Origin: Chiloscyllium plagiosum
Lineage: Eukaryota
Direction of reading: 5' to 3'
DNA: 64,000 nucleotides
NCBI RefSeq assembly: GCF_004010195.1
Contig: NC_057719.1
Coordinates: forward strand, 51,466,920 to 51,530,919
Numbering within the stretch: the first letter of the stretch is position 1; each line of letters opens with the position of its first letter. The notes beneath the pieces are model-generated. The model was not told the DNA's origin, did not search any database, and saw only the letters and a list, made by a program, of their open reading frames with translations. Made by a program: the position numbers and the translations under genes. Of the stretch, positions 39,040-52,044 are shown piece after piece.

Positions 39040-39129
39040 AATATATGCCCTTCTCACCGCTAAGTTAGTTGCCATTAAAGCAGAAGATTTTACCTTACTG
39101 ATTTAGCAAGAACTGAAGACTGGGTGATT

Positions 39130-39620
39130 GTCATTTGTTGTTTCATAAGTTAACCATTAGAGTTTTGTGTGAGCGGAAATGTACAGAGGGCAGAGGACAA
39201 GATGTTGGATAGGAAATCATTAGAGGATTTTAGCAAAATGTGGGTGTTGAGACTTTCCATTTTACAGTAGTGGATGTAGATGTCCTTAATGCTGAAGATG
39301 AAACAGGAGAGGACATTCAGCTCAAAATGAATATGCAATCTCGTTCATTACTGTGACAGTATCAGGACTGATAATTGGTGACAAAGGTACAGAGTTTGTG
39401 ACAGTGGCCAAAGATGATGGCTTTGGTTTTACTTTTGTTAAACTGAAAGAAGTTGCAGCTCATCCAAGATTGCAAAATAGGCTCGAATATTCAGTGGTTT
39501 AAGAGAGGTGGTGAAGAGGTAAAACTGGGCTTTGTCAATGTATGTGACAAAGCCAACCATACGTCTGCAAATTGTATTGCAAAGGAGCAGTATTTTGATG
39601 AAAAAGTGAAGGTGGAGAGG
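39130..39620 (-). mobile_element. Ancient L2-like LINE RT remnant
   Basis: Minus strand CACATACATTGACAAAGCCCAGTTTTACCTC resembles HxYADDTQLYL. A possible matching 3' end lies at ~35685-35860. Confidence 0.5.
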
Positions 39621-40294
39621 ATAGATCTATGAAGAACTATAATTGTATGTGATGAATAAATTAACTGTTGAAAACCCATGTTAGCGCTGAGAGGAAGGAA
39701 AATTAGTTGATAAACATCGAATTTGCCTATTTAGCTTCATTGTATGGTGTCAAAATGCACTGTCCAATGTGTTTTTATCTAATAAATGTGTGGGAATACT
39801 AAAACTTTGGAATACAACCTCAGTGAATTCTAACAATGGTGAAATGCTGCATAGAAGAATGGGAGATATTGGGAGATCCATCGGCAATCACATATTAACT
39901 TTGTAACACAGCTTCAAAAATAAGTACAAGTTTCTCACCATCTGCCTCTCAGTGACATAGATTCTAGAAAATAAATTACATTTTATATTAATATGCATCT
40001 GGTATGTTCTTCAATGTCTACAGCTTGATTAAATGTCTCTACTAAACGAAATTTCTCTATTCATGAATGAGTAAATGAAAAACCTTTTTTACTTAATAAT
40101 GAACACTCACCATGCGGTATTCCAGTTTATATGGTCAACAATAGTCAAACAATCTAAAATCATAAAAACCGGAAGTAAGCACAAGAGTTGTCAGCAACCT
40201 TCATTTTCACTTTCTACAGCTAATTTGGCACTGCAATTATTCATTTTAGTCAAAGTGGTGTTCATACATATAACAATTTTCTTTTTTCCCTAAA

Positions 40295-40560
40295 AACAAA
40301 GTACTTATCTTATCACCTTTCACAACAACCTGAAAGTACGCACAAACGCACAATGTTCTCTACAGCAAATGAAGTACTTTTGAAGTATAGCCACTTGTAG
40401 AAAACACAGCAGCCAGGCAACACGAATAACAATGACTTTAAACCATCATTAGTTAATTATAACATTGTTTGATGAGCAATAAGAGAACTCCCCTGCTCTT
40501 CTTCAGAATGTTTTTAAGTTCACCAGTGAGGAGAAAGGGTCTCCTTTAAACATTCTATAA
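40295..40560 (-). mobile_element. Ancient Deu-domain SINE (SacSINE1/AmnSINE1-like)
   Basis: Minus strand has GAAGAAGAGCAGGGGAGTTCTC and GGCTGCTGTGTTTTCTACAAGTGGCTATACTTCAAAAAGTACTTCATTTGCTGTA. Confidence 0.6.
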
Positions 40561-40724
40561 GAAAGTCAATACCAGTGGGGTCCTTACCACTAGGTTAAAT
40601 CTGAATTTACATTTAACCTGAACATAGTGACATTTGCAATATGTTTTTGTAGGTCAGTAGTTCTCAAGTACTTTACTTAAATAACCATTCTATGAAATTT
40701 ATGAGCATTTTGGCTTTATACATA

Positions 40725-40850
40725 AATGCTGTTCTTCCTATCATTACAATAGTGATTAAAGTTCAAAGGCACTTATTTGACATTAAGTTATTTTGGGACA
40801 TCCTGAGGTCATGAATGATTCAATAGAAACCCAAGTTGCTTCTTTCTTTC
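40725..40850 (+). mobile_element. 3' part of the same ancient SINE family
   Basis: TTCCTATCATTACAATAGTGATT...TTTGGGACATCCTGAGGTCATGAA...TTCTTTCTTT. Confidence 0.55.
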
Positions 40851-41499
40851 CTTTTCTCAGTAGACGCATTGAAGTTGAGTGCCATCCTATGCTCATCTGA
40901 TCTCTCCACATATGCACTTTACAGCTGGGATTATTTGCTAATGAACAGAAGCAGAAATCTTAACTGATAAATATTGATATTTTCTTCAAGGTATCAAGGT
41001 ATCAAGGTGTTACTATATAAATTTCCATTTTTTCTGCACAGTGGCATATTGTGTACACAATTATAGACAAGTTGAAATGGTGTTAATTAACTTAATTGGC
41101 CAAATACTTATTACTTTATATTCCTAAGAAAGTTTAGCTTGTTTTCTTTGTCTCAAGTAAATTATTTACTACATATGCAGCTGGAAGACCTTTGATAAAG
41201 TGTTTTCCTGTATGGCCAGCTCTTTTCCTCTTGGCCCAACTAAACCTTTGTGAAACAAGTTGTCCCCAAATAGCAATCTACTGATTTGCGTTTTGCACCT
41301 GGCTCTATAATGTGTAAAAAAAGTGTAAAGTTTTAAGAAATGAATACCTTGTTCATTGAACAAAACCAAGCCCTAACCCTGTAACCCCTATCTAGGACCA
41401 AGTTACAGTAAACGTATACACTGGGTATTACTAGGTTTCCTTTGGATCTGGCCACAGCCTAACTAAGTTTCTAGTCATTTGCCAACAGATTTATGCTGG

Positions 41500-41726
41500 G
41501 CTCATATAGTGCAGTGGTAGTGTCCCTACCTCTGAGCCAGAGGCTGGGGTTTAAGTCCCACCTGCTCCAGAGGTGTATCATAACATGTTTGAACAGGTTG
41601 TTTAAAAATATCCATTACTAGTATTGGATCTCGTAACACAGTGATGGTGTCGTAACTCTAGGCTGGAAGTCCTACCTGCTCAGGAGGTGTGTCAAAACAT
41701 GCCCAAACTGGTTGATTGAAATATTT
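41500..41726 (+). mobile_element. Two head-to-tail copies of a ~110-bp tRNA-like SINE
   Basis: 41500-41612 and 41627-41726 share AAGTCCYACCTGCTC..GAGGTGT.TCA.AACATG...AAC.GGTTG. Confidence 0.6.
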
Positions 41727-42392
41727 TAAGGAACTCATGCAGCAACATCCAAGGACTGAGATCATTAACCTCCAACAACCATTACCATCTTCCTTAGTGC
41801 TAGATATGGCTCCAACATTTGCTACCAGTAGCTTGTAACATTCTCTAATTATTATGCACAACGTACAGCTTGACCTGGAGCCATTAACAGAGGGTTTAAT
41901 AACAAACTTTATCAGAGAACTTGCAACAAATCATGCTTCTAATTTATTCAATCCTGGCTACTTGATTTCTTGTAAGACTTACAACGTAATTGGGTGAGTG
42001 CTTTAGTTGAAATAACAGACCATTGAATTTCATGATTTACTAAATATTTTGCCTATTTTACATGAGGTTGCCATAATACTATTTACTGATATACAAAGGA
42101 TTCTTCAGATGCATCAGTCAGTGTATTTCACCAACAACTGACAGAAGACCATTCCTTTGATACAAGTTTCCAAAACATCAAGCAAGTCTACTTCAGTCCT
42201 TCCAGTCTGAAAACAATATGGTTTTAGAAAGCAACAGTCAGAACAATTTACAATAGAGAAAATAGAAGATGACAGAAAGGAATATAAATAAATATAAAGT
42301 CTGAACATTTCATCAATCTATTATCCACTTTTAAAAACAATTACATGGCAAGCTATGAATTCAACACACTTAATTCTTAGGAAAATTACATA

Positions 42393-42622
42393 AAGTCACA
42401 CAGCATGGAAACAGACCCTTCAATCCAATTCATCCACGTCAATCAAGTTTCTCAAAACTAAACTAGTCTCACTTGCCTGCATTTGGTCCATATTCCTCTA
42501 AACCTTTCCTATTCATGTATTTGCCCAAATGTCTTTTAAATTTTGAAATTATACCTGCATCTAGCACTTCCTCTGGCAGTTCATTCTATATATGAACAAC
42601 TTCTGTGTGAAAAAGTTGACCC
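42393..42622 (-). mobile_element. CR1 LINE 3' end
   Basis: Similar to 19219-19460. Confidence 0.8.
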
Positions 42623-43418
42623 TCAGAGAAAAATGGACATTTCTCATGTATAATGACTTTTTGGTATTCATTTTAAAGCTTGTAGCTTCTCTGTATGACA
42701 GTTTTAAATATTGTGAAAAGTTTTTTCTTTTCCATGTGAAAGGATAATGACTTAGATAAAGCCATGAAGAAGGATGAATATGCATATTAGAATACACATA
42801 AATTGCAGGAGATGGGATTTTGTGAGTGGATCAATAAAAGGATCAAAAAGCACAAAGTAATATGGGAAGATATTTTAACCAAACAACGGATGTGGCTTCA
42901 GGGTATTCTTATCAAAAGAGTTAACTGGCTTTGATTATGTACCACATATATAATAAAAAAGGTAAGAACATTTATTTCCTCCTCCTCAGTATTTTAAAAG
43001 CATAACCTGTAACATTCATTATTTAGCACATGAATGATCACACCCAGAAATAGGTTGTCAGCCTTTTATTAAACAATAAACTTCAGTTCACAAAATCGGA
43101 GTTAAATTAAAACCTTGTTTGATGGATGATTTCATTTTCTATATTATATTTGAAACAAGCATTTCACCCTGCAGTTTCTGAACCCAATTAAATAATACAT
43201 CTTGCAAATGGGAAGGGTTTCCTGGGTTAACTTTAGCTGTTTCGTCAAACATGTGACAGAAATACAGAATATATAGGTTATTGTACTTAAAGTACAATAT
43301 TTAAATCATTCACATGCACTTTACAAATCACAATAAACTTTAGGATTAAAAAGCAACCCTACTAATGAATTATTATAAGCTCCTATCTGAGTACCCACAG
43401 TTAATGTGTATTTAATGG

Positions 43419-44813
43419 TGCAGCAGGCCCACTGTCCCTACCTGTTTCAAGGGGGCTAACATCATCCCTGTGCCAAAGAAGCCTCATGCAGCATGTCTCA
43501 ATGACTACAGCCCAGTGGCCCTAACTTTGGTGGTCATGAGGTGCTTTGAAAGGCTGGTCATGGCATTAATCGACTCCAGCCTCCCCACTACTCTTGACCC
43601 ACTCCAATTTGCCTATTGGACAAACAGATCCATGTCTGACGCCATATCACTTGCCCTTCACTCCTCCCCCGAACATTTTGACACCAAGAACAGCTACGTA
43701 AGAATCCTACTCATTGACTACAGTTCAGCTTTCAACGTTATTATCCCCTTGAGACTGATTACTAAACTTAGGGATCTCGGACTAAACCCCGCTCGCTGCA
43801 ACTGGATCCTCAGTTTCCTGATCCATAGGCCACAATCAGTGAATATTGAGGACAATATATCATCCTCACTAACACTCAACACTGGAGCCCCCCAGGAGTG
43901 CATACTCAGCCCCCTACTGTACTCAGTGTATACCCATGACTGCGTCGCCAAATACCAAACTAATGCCATTTATAAGTTCGCTGATGACACCACCATAGTC
44001 GGTCAAATCTCAGATGGCGACGAAACAGACTACAGTCGGAAGGTGGAAGACCTGGAAAAATGGTGCACTGAGAACAACCTAACTCTCAATGCTGACAAAA
44101 TCAAGGAACACATTATTGACTTACGGCAGGATATTACTCATGCCCCCCTACACATTAACAGCACAGAGTGGAGAGTGTCAAGCTCTTGGGAGTGGTCATC
44201 CACAACTAGCTCTCTTGGACTCTTCATGTGGACGCACTGGTTACAAAGGCCGAATGACGTCTCTTCTTCCTCAGGCAGCTGAGGAAATTTGGCATGACGG
44301 TGAATACCCTTGTCAACTTTTATAGGTGCGCCATCGAGAGCATTCTGTCTGGATGAATCACTACCTGATATGGCAACTGTACCATTCAAGATCGGAGACA
44401 GTTACAGAGAGTGGTGAACTCGGCCCGGCCAATCGCAAAGGCCAACTTCCCATCTATAGAATTCATCTACCAGGGCCACTGTCAAGGAAAGGCCGCCAGC
44501 ACTCTCAAAGCTCCATCCCACCCTGGCAATGTTTTTTATACAACCTCAACCATTGGGGAGAAGGTACAGAAGCCTGAACACACGCACCAGCCTGCTTTGA
44601 AACAGTTTCTGCGCTACTGTTGTTAGAATACTGAATGGACTCACAAACTCTTAGCATTCGCCTGTATCTGTGTTTTTGTTTTTTTTGCTGTTTACCTATT
44701 ATTTACTTAACTATGCTATTTAACTCTGTGATCTGCCTGTATTGCTCGCAAGACAAAACTTTTCACTATGCCTCGTTACATGTGACAATAAATTCAATTC
44801 AGTTCAATTCAAT
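43419..44813 (+). mobile_element. Rex1/Babar-clade LINE, 5'-truncated, with a long RT ORF remnant (43470-44282)
   Basis: [47 protein letters not shown] and KFADDTT motifs; (TTCAA)n tail. Confidence 0.88.
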
Positions 44814-44941
44814 CAAATTGGATTGTTCCTGAAAACATGAACAGGGATCACAATGAGTGATTAACCAAGCCTGTTAGTTAAAATTGCATGCCAACCTTTG
44901 TGGGACCTCCTCATCAAAATGAATGTTGCATGCTGGTCATT

Positions 44942-44973
44942 AGGCGAAAGTGAGGACTGCAGATGCTGGAAAT
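44942..44973 (-). mobile_element. 32-bp PLE tail-only insertion with TSD
   Basis: AGGCGAAAGTGAGGACTGCAGATGCTGGA is the near reverse complement of 6997-7025. It is flanked by A(T/C)GCTGGTCATT at 44930-44941 and 44974-44985. Confidence 0.8.
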
Positions 44974-44989
44974 ACGCTGGTCATTGGCT

Positions 44990-45700
44990 ACTTACATAAG
45001 AAGGGATCTAAAATCATAATGTGCAACAAAATACATATAAACAACAAAGCACAACTTAAAGATAGTCTCCACCTCTTTAAGGGGTTAGTGGCGGAGGTGC
45101 TTGGTACATCATGGATGCAGCAGATGCTTGGAATCATGCAGGAAGTATCCTGGGAAACAGTGAGGAATGATAGCAGCTTGGGAGAGAAAGAAGGCTCGAA
45201 TTTGTTCTGGTGCTGCATTGGAAGTCTTACTGCTGGAAGAGGAGGAAAATTATCTCCTATACTCAATGGGGTAGGAAGTCCTACAGATACACAATCAGAT
45301 GGCTTGGGTGCAGATTATTTTAGAGGCACATACCAGGAGTCAAGCATTGAGATTTTAAATGTAATAGAATGAGATGCTCTGTAAATGTTTGATAATATCA
45401 CATGCGTTACCAAGGTCAGTGAATGCAACTGCAAATGCCATATCAATTGCAATGCCAGCCTTGGCCACTGCTCAATTCACCACACAACATCTACTAACAA
45501 TTTCTATTAATCAGGACTTGTAACTAATATTCGTAACTTCCCTGACCTGTGTACACTTAGCATTGTTGCAAGACTCACACTTCACTATTTTCCAGTTATT
45601 CAACCATGACAGTGACATCACGCACACACTATTACACCAAATTGACTGGCATACTTCATGTAGTATGCAATCTGAGGCAGCAAATAGTAACAAGCATCTC
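44990..45700 (-). mobile_element. Probable Harbinger transposase remnant
   Basis: Minus strand TTTCCCAGGATACTTCCTGCATGATTCC resembles the FPGSxHDS motif; very decayed. Confidence 0.35.
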
Positions 45701-48354
45701 CACATGCCTAGCACTATGGGGAACAGTGTTGATCTTTACTGGAATTGTTATTGCTGGTGTGGTGACCAGTAGTTGGGCTGAAATCATTGATGATGGTAGT
45801 ATCCTTCTGACTGCTTCTGCTTATCATATCCCAATTCCCCTTCAACTCACTATTTATTTTGATTTACAAACTGTAGGCAGTATAATCATGCTCCTCTTAT
45901 AATGCCCCCTTGCATCATGGTATACTTACTCATCCTTGTACCATTTTTTCTTACAGCTACCAAGAAGAAAAATCTGGTCAGGTAATGGGAGAACACAAGA
46001 AATAGAAACAGAACTCAGCCTTTTGGTCATAGAACCTGTGCTACCATTCCATAAGAGTGTGCCTGATTTGATTGTAGTCTTATCTTCACTTTCCTGCCTG
46101 GCTATCATAATCCAGATGAGAATGATGATGAAGACATAACATCATCACTTGATTTCATAATCTCAGTTGATAGCTCTGATACTAACATCATGTATTTCAG
46201 AGATAGATCAGAGCCAGAATATTTATATTATGAGATAATGGGCTTGAGACAACTGCCACCAAATCCAGAAGCAAGTATAACACAGGTGCCAGTTCATTAG
46301 ACAGTGATACATTAGTTTGATGCAGAAACCTTAGACCAACCTACTGATAAATGCTGATGGTACATATAACGTAAAGCTTGGTAGATTAGGAAACCTGTCA
46401 ATAAATCTGTGGTCAAAGACCAGACGTATGGAGGTGTTCAGCATCAGGAATGCCTTGCATACAACTTAAAGTCCATCCTTTCCAGCAAGGAGGTAATCAG
46501 AAGTCTATTCACATTTGTAAAGGCCCAACTAAGGTACCGCATTTGATAGCAGTTGATAGCACAAACAGAATGCTCAGTCCATGCTAATCTCTAGGCAGTG
46601 AGACTGGAATATAGTGAGCACTGTTTGGAAAGCCTCAGTGACAAACCCAGAAGCAGCAGTGAATGGCAAATATCTCCAGCTCCAGCCTGGAAGGTATCAG
46701 TCACGAAAGATGTCACTTTCACAAACTCCTGGCAATGCAGTTCTTGCTCAGCTCTAAATTGCAGCTGTGGCTACAGCAAGTGATTGATTTCAGTCGGATG
46801 TTATTATTGAAGTCATTTGTCTTTGGAGAATCTGTGATTTCCGAAATAGGTGAATAGGGCAGATAGATGCATGATTCAAGAATTGGTACAAGAGGGAGGT
46901 TATTAGATTCCTGAATCACCAAAGTCGCTCTGGGGAAGGTAGGATCTGTACAAGCAGGATAGTCTGCACCTGAACCAGAGTGGGACCAACATTTCTGCAA
47001 GTGGGTTTGCTATTGCTGTTGGGAGGAATTAACCAGTCCAGCAGCTGGAAAGGACATATTGTGTTAGTACAATAGGGACACCACATACTTTAGTAAAGGA
47101 GCAAGACAAAGGAAGTTCAGCCATGTGAGTTTCAAGGGAGTAAGTTGAGGCTGGACTGTCTCTACTTTAATGTTAGGAATATTTTATGTTACATAGATAT
47201 GTTAATGTCATGGATTGACACATACAATTGTAATATTGTAGCCGTCATAAAGACATCGTTGAGGGAGGGGCAGGATTGGCAACTCAATATTCCAGAGCAT
47301 ACGATCTTCAGGCAGGAAAGGAAGGGTGTAAAAGAGAAGATGGTGCCGCAATATCAATTAAGAAGTCAGTTATTACAGTCAGGTGAGGCAATATCTTAGA
47401 AGCATCTTCAAATGTGGATTTGTGGGAAGAGGTTAGGAATGAAAAGGGAGCAGACATACCGCTGGGAGTGTATAATTGACCTGCAAACAGTTGGCAGGCA
47501 GTAGAGGAGCAGATATGTTGACAATGCATTGAAGTATGTATCAACCATAATAAAATAATTATGTTAGAGGCTTTCATCTTCCTCAACATTAAGTGGGATC
47601 GCAATAGTGTAAAGGGTTTAGAGGGGCAAAATTCTTGGAATGCATTCAGGACAGCTTTGATCTCAACATATAGAAGGTCCAACCAAAGACCTAATTCTGG
47701 GGAACGAAGCTAGATAGATGTTTGAGGTGGTAGTGGGAGAGCATTTTAGTAATAGCAATAACAACACATGCATTTTAAGTTTATTATGGAAAAAAAGAAG
47801 GATGATCTGCTAAAAAAGGGCTTTGGATTGAGGAAAGGTCGATTTTATTTAAATAAACCAGGATTAGGCCAACGAAGAATGGGAACAGCTACTTGTGAAT
47901 AAATACATGACAGAACAATAGGAGTGATTGGAGAGGTTGGGGGCTTTCAAATTGAATTGTTGAGAATTCAGGCCCAAAATGTTGTTTCAGTTGAAATGCA
48001 GGAGCAACAAGCCTGGAGGACCCTGGCTAAGGAGGAATAGAGAGACTTTTAACAGGTACCAAGGAGAACAATTAGAAACATAGGACCATAGGAACACAGG
48101 AACAGGAGTACACCATTCAGCTCCTTGAGTCTGCTTTGTCATTGAATAAGATCATGGCTCATCTGTGGGCTAAATCTATATGCCTGCTTGGGCCCATGCC
48201 CCTTCTTTAATAAAAAAATGTTTACTTAAGATTTAATTTTAACAATTGAATTAGCATCAACTGCCTATTGAGGAAGAGCATTCCAAACCTTCACTATTCT
48301 TTGCATGTAGAAGTTCTTTCTAACATCTTTCCCGATTGAATTGGCCCAAATTCA

Positions 48355-50144
48355 TTTTCCTGGAGCATTGGAAGCTGAGGGCTGGCTTTATTGAAGTTTA
48401 TAAAGTCATGAGGGGGATACATGAAGTGAATAGCCAAGGTCTTTTTCCAAGGGTAAGTCAGCACAAAACTAGAGGGCATAGGTTTAAAGTGAGAGGGGAA
48501 AGATTTAAAAGGGACATGAGGGGCAACGTTTTCATGCAGAGGGCAGTGTGTATATGGAATGAACTGCCAGATGAAGTTGTAGAGATGGGTACAATTACAA
48601 TATTTAAAAGACAACTATAGACCAGTGAGCCTGATATCAGTGGTGGGCAAGCTGTCGGAGGAAATCCTGAGGGACAGGATGTACATGTATTTGGAAAGGC
48701 AAGGACTGATTAGGGATAGTCAACATGGCTTTGTGCATTGACTATCATGTCTCACAAACTTGATTGAGTTTTTTGAATAACTAACAAAGAGGATTGATGA
48801 GAGCAGAACAGTAGACGTGATCTATATGAACTTCAGAAAGGCATTTGACAAAGTTCCCATGGGAGACTGGTTAGCAAGGTTAGATCTCATGGAATACAGG
48901 GAGAACTAGCCATTTGGATACATAACTCGTTCAAAAGTAGAAGACAGAGGGTGGTGGTGGAGGGTTGTTTTTCAGACTGGAGGCCTGTGACCAGCGGAGT
49001 GCCACAAGGATCAGTGCTGGGTCCACTACCTTTCATCATTTATATAAATGATTTGGATGTCAGCATAAGAGGTATAGATAGTAAGTTTGCAGATGATACC
49101 AAAATTGGAGGTGTTGTAGACAGAGAAGAAGGTTACCTCAGATTACAATGGGATCTTGATCAGGTGGGCCAGTGGACTGAGGAGTGACAGATGGATTTTA
49201 ATTTAGATAAATGCGAGATGCTGCATTTTGGGAAAGCAAATCTTAGTAGGACTTATACACTTAATGGTAAGGTCCTGGGGAGTGTTGCTGAACAAAGGGA
49301 TCTTGGTGTGCAGGTTCATAGCTGCTTGAAAGTAGAGTCGTAGGTAGATAGGATAGTGAAGAAGGCGTTTGGTATGCTTTCCTTTATTGATCGGAGTATT
49401 GAGTACAAGAGTTGGGAGGTTATGTTGTGACTGTACAGAACATTAGTTAGGCCACTTTTAGAAAAATGTGTGCAATTCTGGTCTCTATCGGAAAGATGTT
49501 GTGAAACTTGAGAGGGTTCAGAAAAGATTTACAAGAATGTTGCCAGGGTTGGAGGATTTGAGCTATAGGGAGAGGTTGAATAGGCTAGGACTGTTTTCCC
49601 TGGAGCGTTGGAAGCTGAGGGGTGACCTTTTCAAGATTTATAAAATCATGAGGGGCATGGATAGGATAAATAAACAAGGATTTTTCCCTGGGGTCGGGGA
49701 GTCCAGAACTAGAGGGCATAGGTTTAGGGTGAGAGGGGAAAGATATAAAAGAGACCTAAGGAGCGACTTTTTCATGCAGAGGGTGGTACGTGTATGGAAT
49801 GAGTTGCCAGAGGAAGTGGTGGAGACTAGTATAATTGCAATATTTATAAGGCATCTGGATGGGTATATGAATAGGTAGGGTTTAGAGGGAAATGGGCCGG
49901 GTGTTGGCAGGTGGGACTAGATTGGGTTGGGATATCTGATCGGCATGGATGAGTTGGACTGAAGGGTCTGTTTCCATGCTGCACATCTCTATGACTCTAT
50001 GACATTTAGACAGGTACACTGATAGGAAAGGTTTCGAGGGATATGGACAAAACACAGGCAGATAAGACTAATTAAGTTTGGGAAACTTGGTCGGCATGGA
50101 TGAGTTGAACTGAAGAGTCTGTTTCTGTTCTGTATGACTTGATG
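48355..50144 (+). mobile_element. Nested CR1 3' end, split into 48355-48613 and 50001-50144
   Basis: ...TATTTAAAAGACA | GACATTTAGACAGGTAC rejoin as FKRHLD, with GACA duplicated. Confidence 0.8.
48614..50000 (+). mobile_element. Innermost, youngest CR1 (RT to 3' end)
   Basis: [23 protein letters not shown] and KFADDTK motifs; CTCTATGACTCTAT tail. Confidence 0.93.
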
Positions 50145-51592
50145 ACCCTGCTTCTAGAATCTTTAACCAGTGGAAAAGCGTTTGTCTGTATCTACTCTGT
50201 CTTTCCCTGTTAAAATCCTGAAAACCTCGATTAGATCACCCCATAACCTTTTAAATTCTAGAGAATAAAGGCCTACTTTGTCTCATCTCTCCTCATAATT
50301 TAATCCCTGAAGTCAGGTATCATCCTTGTAATCATGCATTGAACTCCCTCCAGGGCTAAAACATCCTTTCTAAGGTGTGCTGTACAGACCTGCTCACAAT
50401 ACTCAACGTGGGATCTGACTAGAATTTTGTATAACTGCAGCATAACATCAATAAAACCATAGTGGAGTATAGAAAGTGCAGGGTGAACTAAAGAAAGCGA
50501 TTAGGAGAGCAAAGAGCAGGCATGAGAAAACACTGGCCGGTAAAATTGGAGAGAATCACAAGATATTCATAAGTATATTAAGGGGAAGAAGATAAACGGG
50601 AAAGAGTATAACACATTCTGGACCAAGGGGGCAATCTGAGCATGGAGCTGGAAACATTGATGGGCTTTAAATGAGCATTTCATTTATATCTTCACTCAGG
50701 AGAAGGAGGAGGTAGGTACAGAAATTGGGAAAAGGAACGAAAAAGTTCTTTAGTAGTTTGAAATCGAGAATGAAGAGTATTAAAGGTTTTGGTGGTCTTA
50801 ATCGAGGACAAAGCCCCAGGTTTGGATGTATCCTAGGATGCTGTCAGAGATGAGGAAGAAAATTGCAGGAGCTCTGCTGCAAATTTTTAATTCCTCTCTG
50901 CTCAGAGGTGCCAGAGAACTCAAGATCAACTATTGTGGTTCTAATTTTCAAAAAGGGAGGTGGACATAAACCAGGGAATTGGCGACTGCATAGTTTCACA
51001 CCAGTAGTAGTAGAATTTGGAGAATTTTCTGAAGGAAATAATTAATCTCCATATGGAGAGGCAACATTTGATAAGGGATAATCAGCATTGCTTTATCAAA
51101 AGGAGGTCATGCCTAACAAAAGTGAATTAACTTTTTGAGGAGATGACCTGGTAAGTAGATGAGGGTGGTGAAGTTGATGTATTTCACAAAAGTATTTGAT
51201 AAGGTCACATATGGGAGACTGATAAAGAAGGTAGAAGTAATTGGGATCCAGCGAAACTTGGAAAGCTGAATATAAAATTGGCTTAGTGATAGATGGCAGC
51301 AGAAGGCTGTTTGTATAACTGGAGCCTGGTGTCCAATGTCATACCATAGGCATCAATGCTGGAACCCTATTATTTGTGATATATATAAATATATTGAAGA
51401 AAATTGAGGGGGCAGGTAAGTAAGTTTGTGAATAATGCAAAGATTGGGTGGTTGACAATGAGGAAGAAAGTCTTTGGTTACAGAAGATATAGATGGTTTG
51501 GTCAGATGGGCAGATCAGTGATCAGATGAAATTTAATGATAAGTGTGAGGTGATGCACTTTGGAAGAAGTAACAAGACAAGGGGTACATAAT

Positions 51593-51683
51593 TGTTGAAA
51601 ATGTGTTGCTGGAAAAGCGCAGCAGGTCAGGCAGCATCCAGAGAACAGGAGAATCGACGTTTCGGGCATAAGCCCTTCTTCAG
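51593..51683 (-). mobile_element. PLE mini-insert (family A) in CR1, with 13-bp TSD
   Basis: AGGGGTACATAAT at 51580-51592 and 51682-51694. Confidence 0.85.
51656..51683 (-). ncRNA. Minimal type I hammerhead ribozyme core (intact motif)
   Basis: CUGAAGA-A-GGGC-UUAU-GCCC-GAAAC-GUC. Confidence 0.7.
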
Positions 51684-51945
51684 GGGTACATAATGAATGA
51701 CAGGACACTAGAAAGCTCAGAGGAACAGAGGAACCTTGGTGTGCTTTTCCACAGATCACTGAAGGCATATTAGACACTTGATTTTATCAGTCATGGCATA
51801 CATTATAAGAGTAGTGAGATTATTTTGGAGCTATATGGGACTTTGGTAAGGCCACAACTGGACCACAGTGTGCAGTTCTGGTCACCACACCACAGGAGGA
51901 TGTGAATTCACTGCAGCAGATGAAGATAAGATTCATCCGGATGTT

Positions 51946-52044
51946 CTGAAAAAGGGTCACAGGACCTGAAACATTAAGTCTGATTTCTCTCCACAGATGC
52001 TGCCAGATCTGCTGAGTTTTTTTCCAGTAATTTCTGTTTTTTGT
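51946..52044 (+). mobile_element. PLE mini-insert (family B) in CR1, with ~14-bp imperfect TSD
   Basis: Starts CTGAAAAAGGGTCACAGGACCTGAAACATT. TTCATCCGGATGTT (51932-51945) / TTCATGGGGATGTT (52045-52058). Confidence 0.75.

Larger units (their letters stand above)
48073..50447 (-). mobile_element. Nested CR1 3' end, split into 48073-48352 and 50146-50447
   Basis: GAAACATAGG...GGAACAGGAGTACACCATTCAGC tail; the coding part resumes at 50146. Confidence 0.7.

Noticed and set aside
40986..41008. (TCAAGGTA)x3 repeat and (TA)n at ~704-718
   Set aside because: Ordinary slippage repeats.
43470..44282. Longest ORF (270 aa) as a host gene or novel RT system
   Set aside because: It is a Rex1-type LINE RT fragment: 5'-truncated, with QG changed to QE and a frameshift near 44165.
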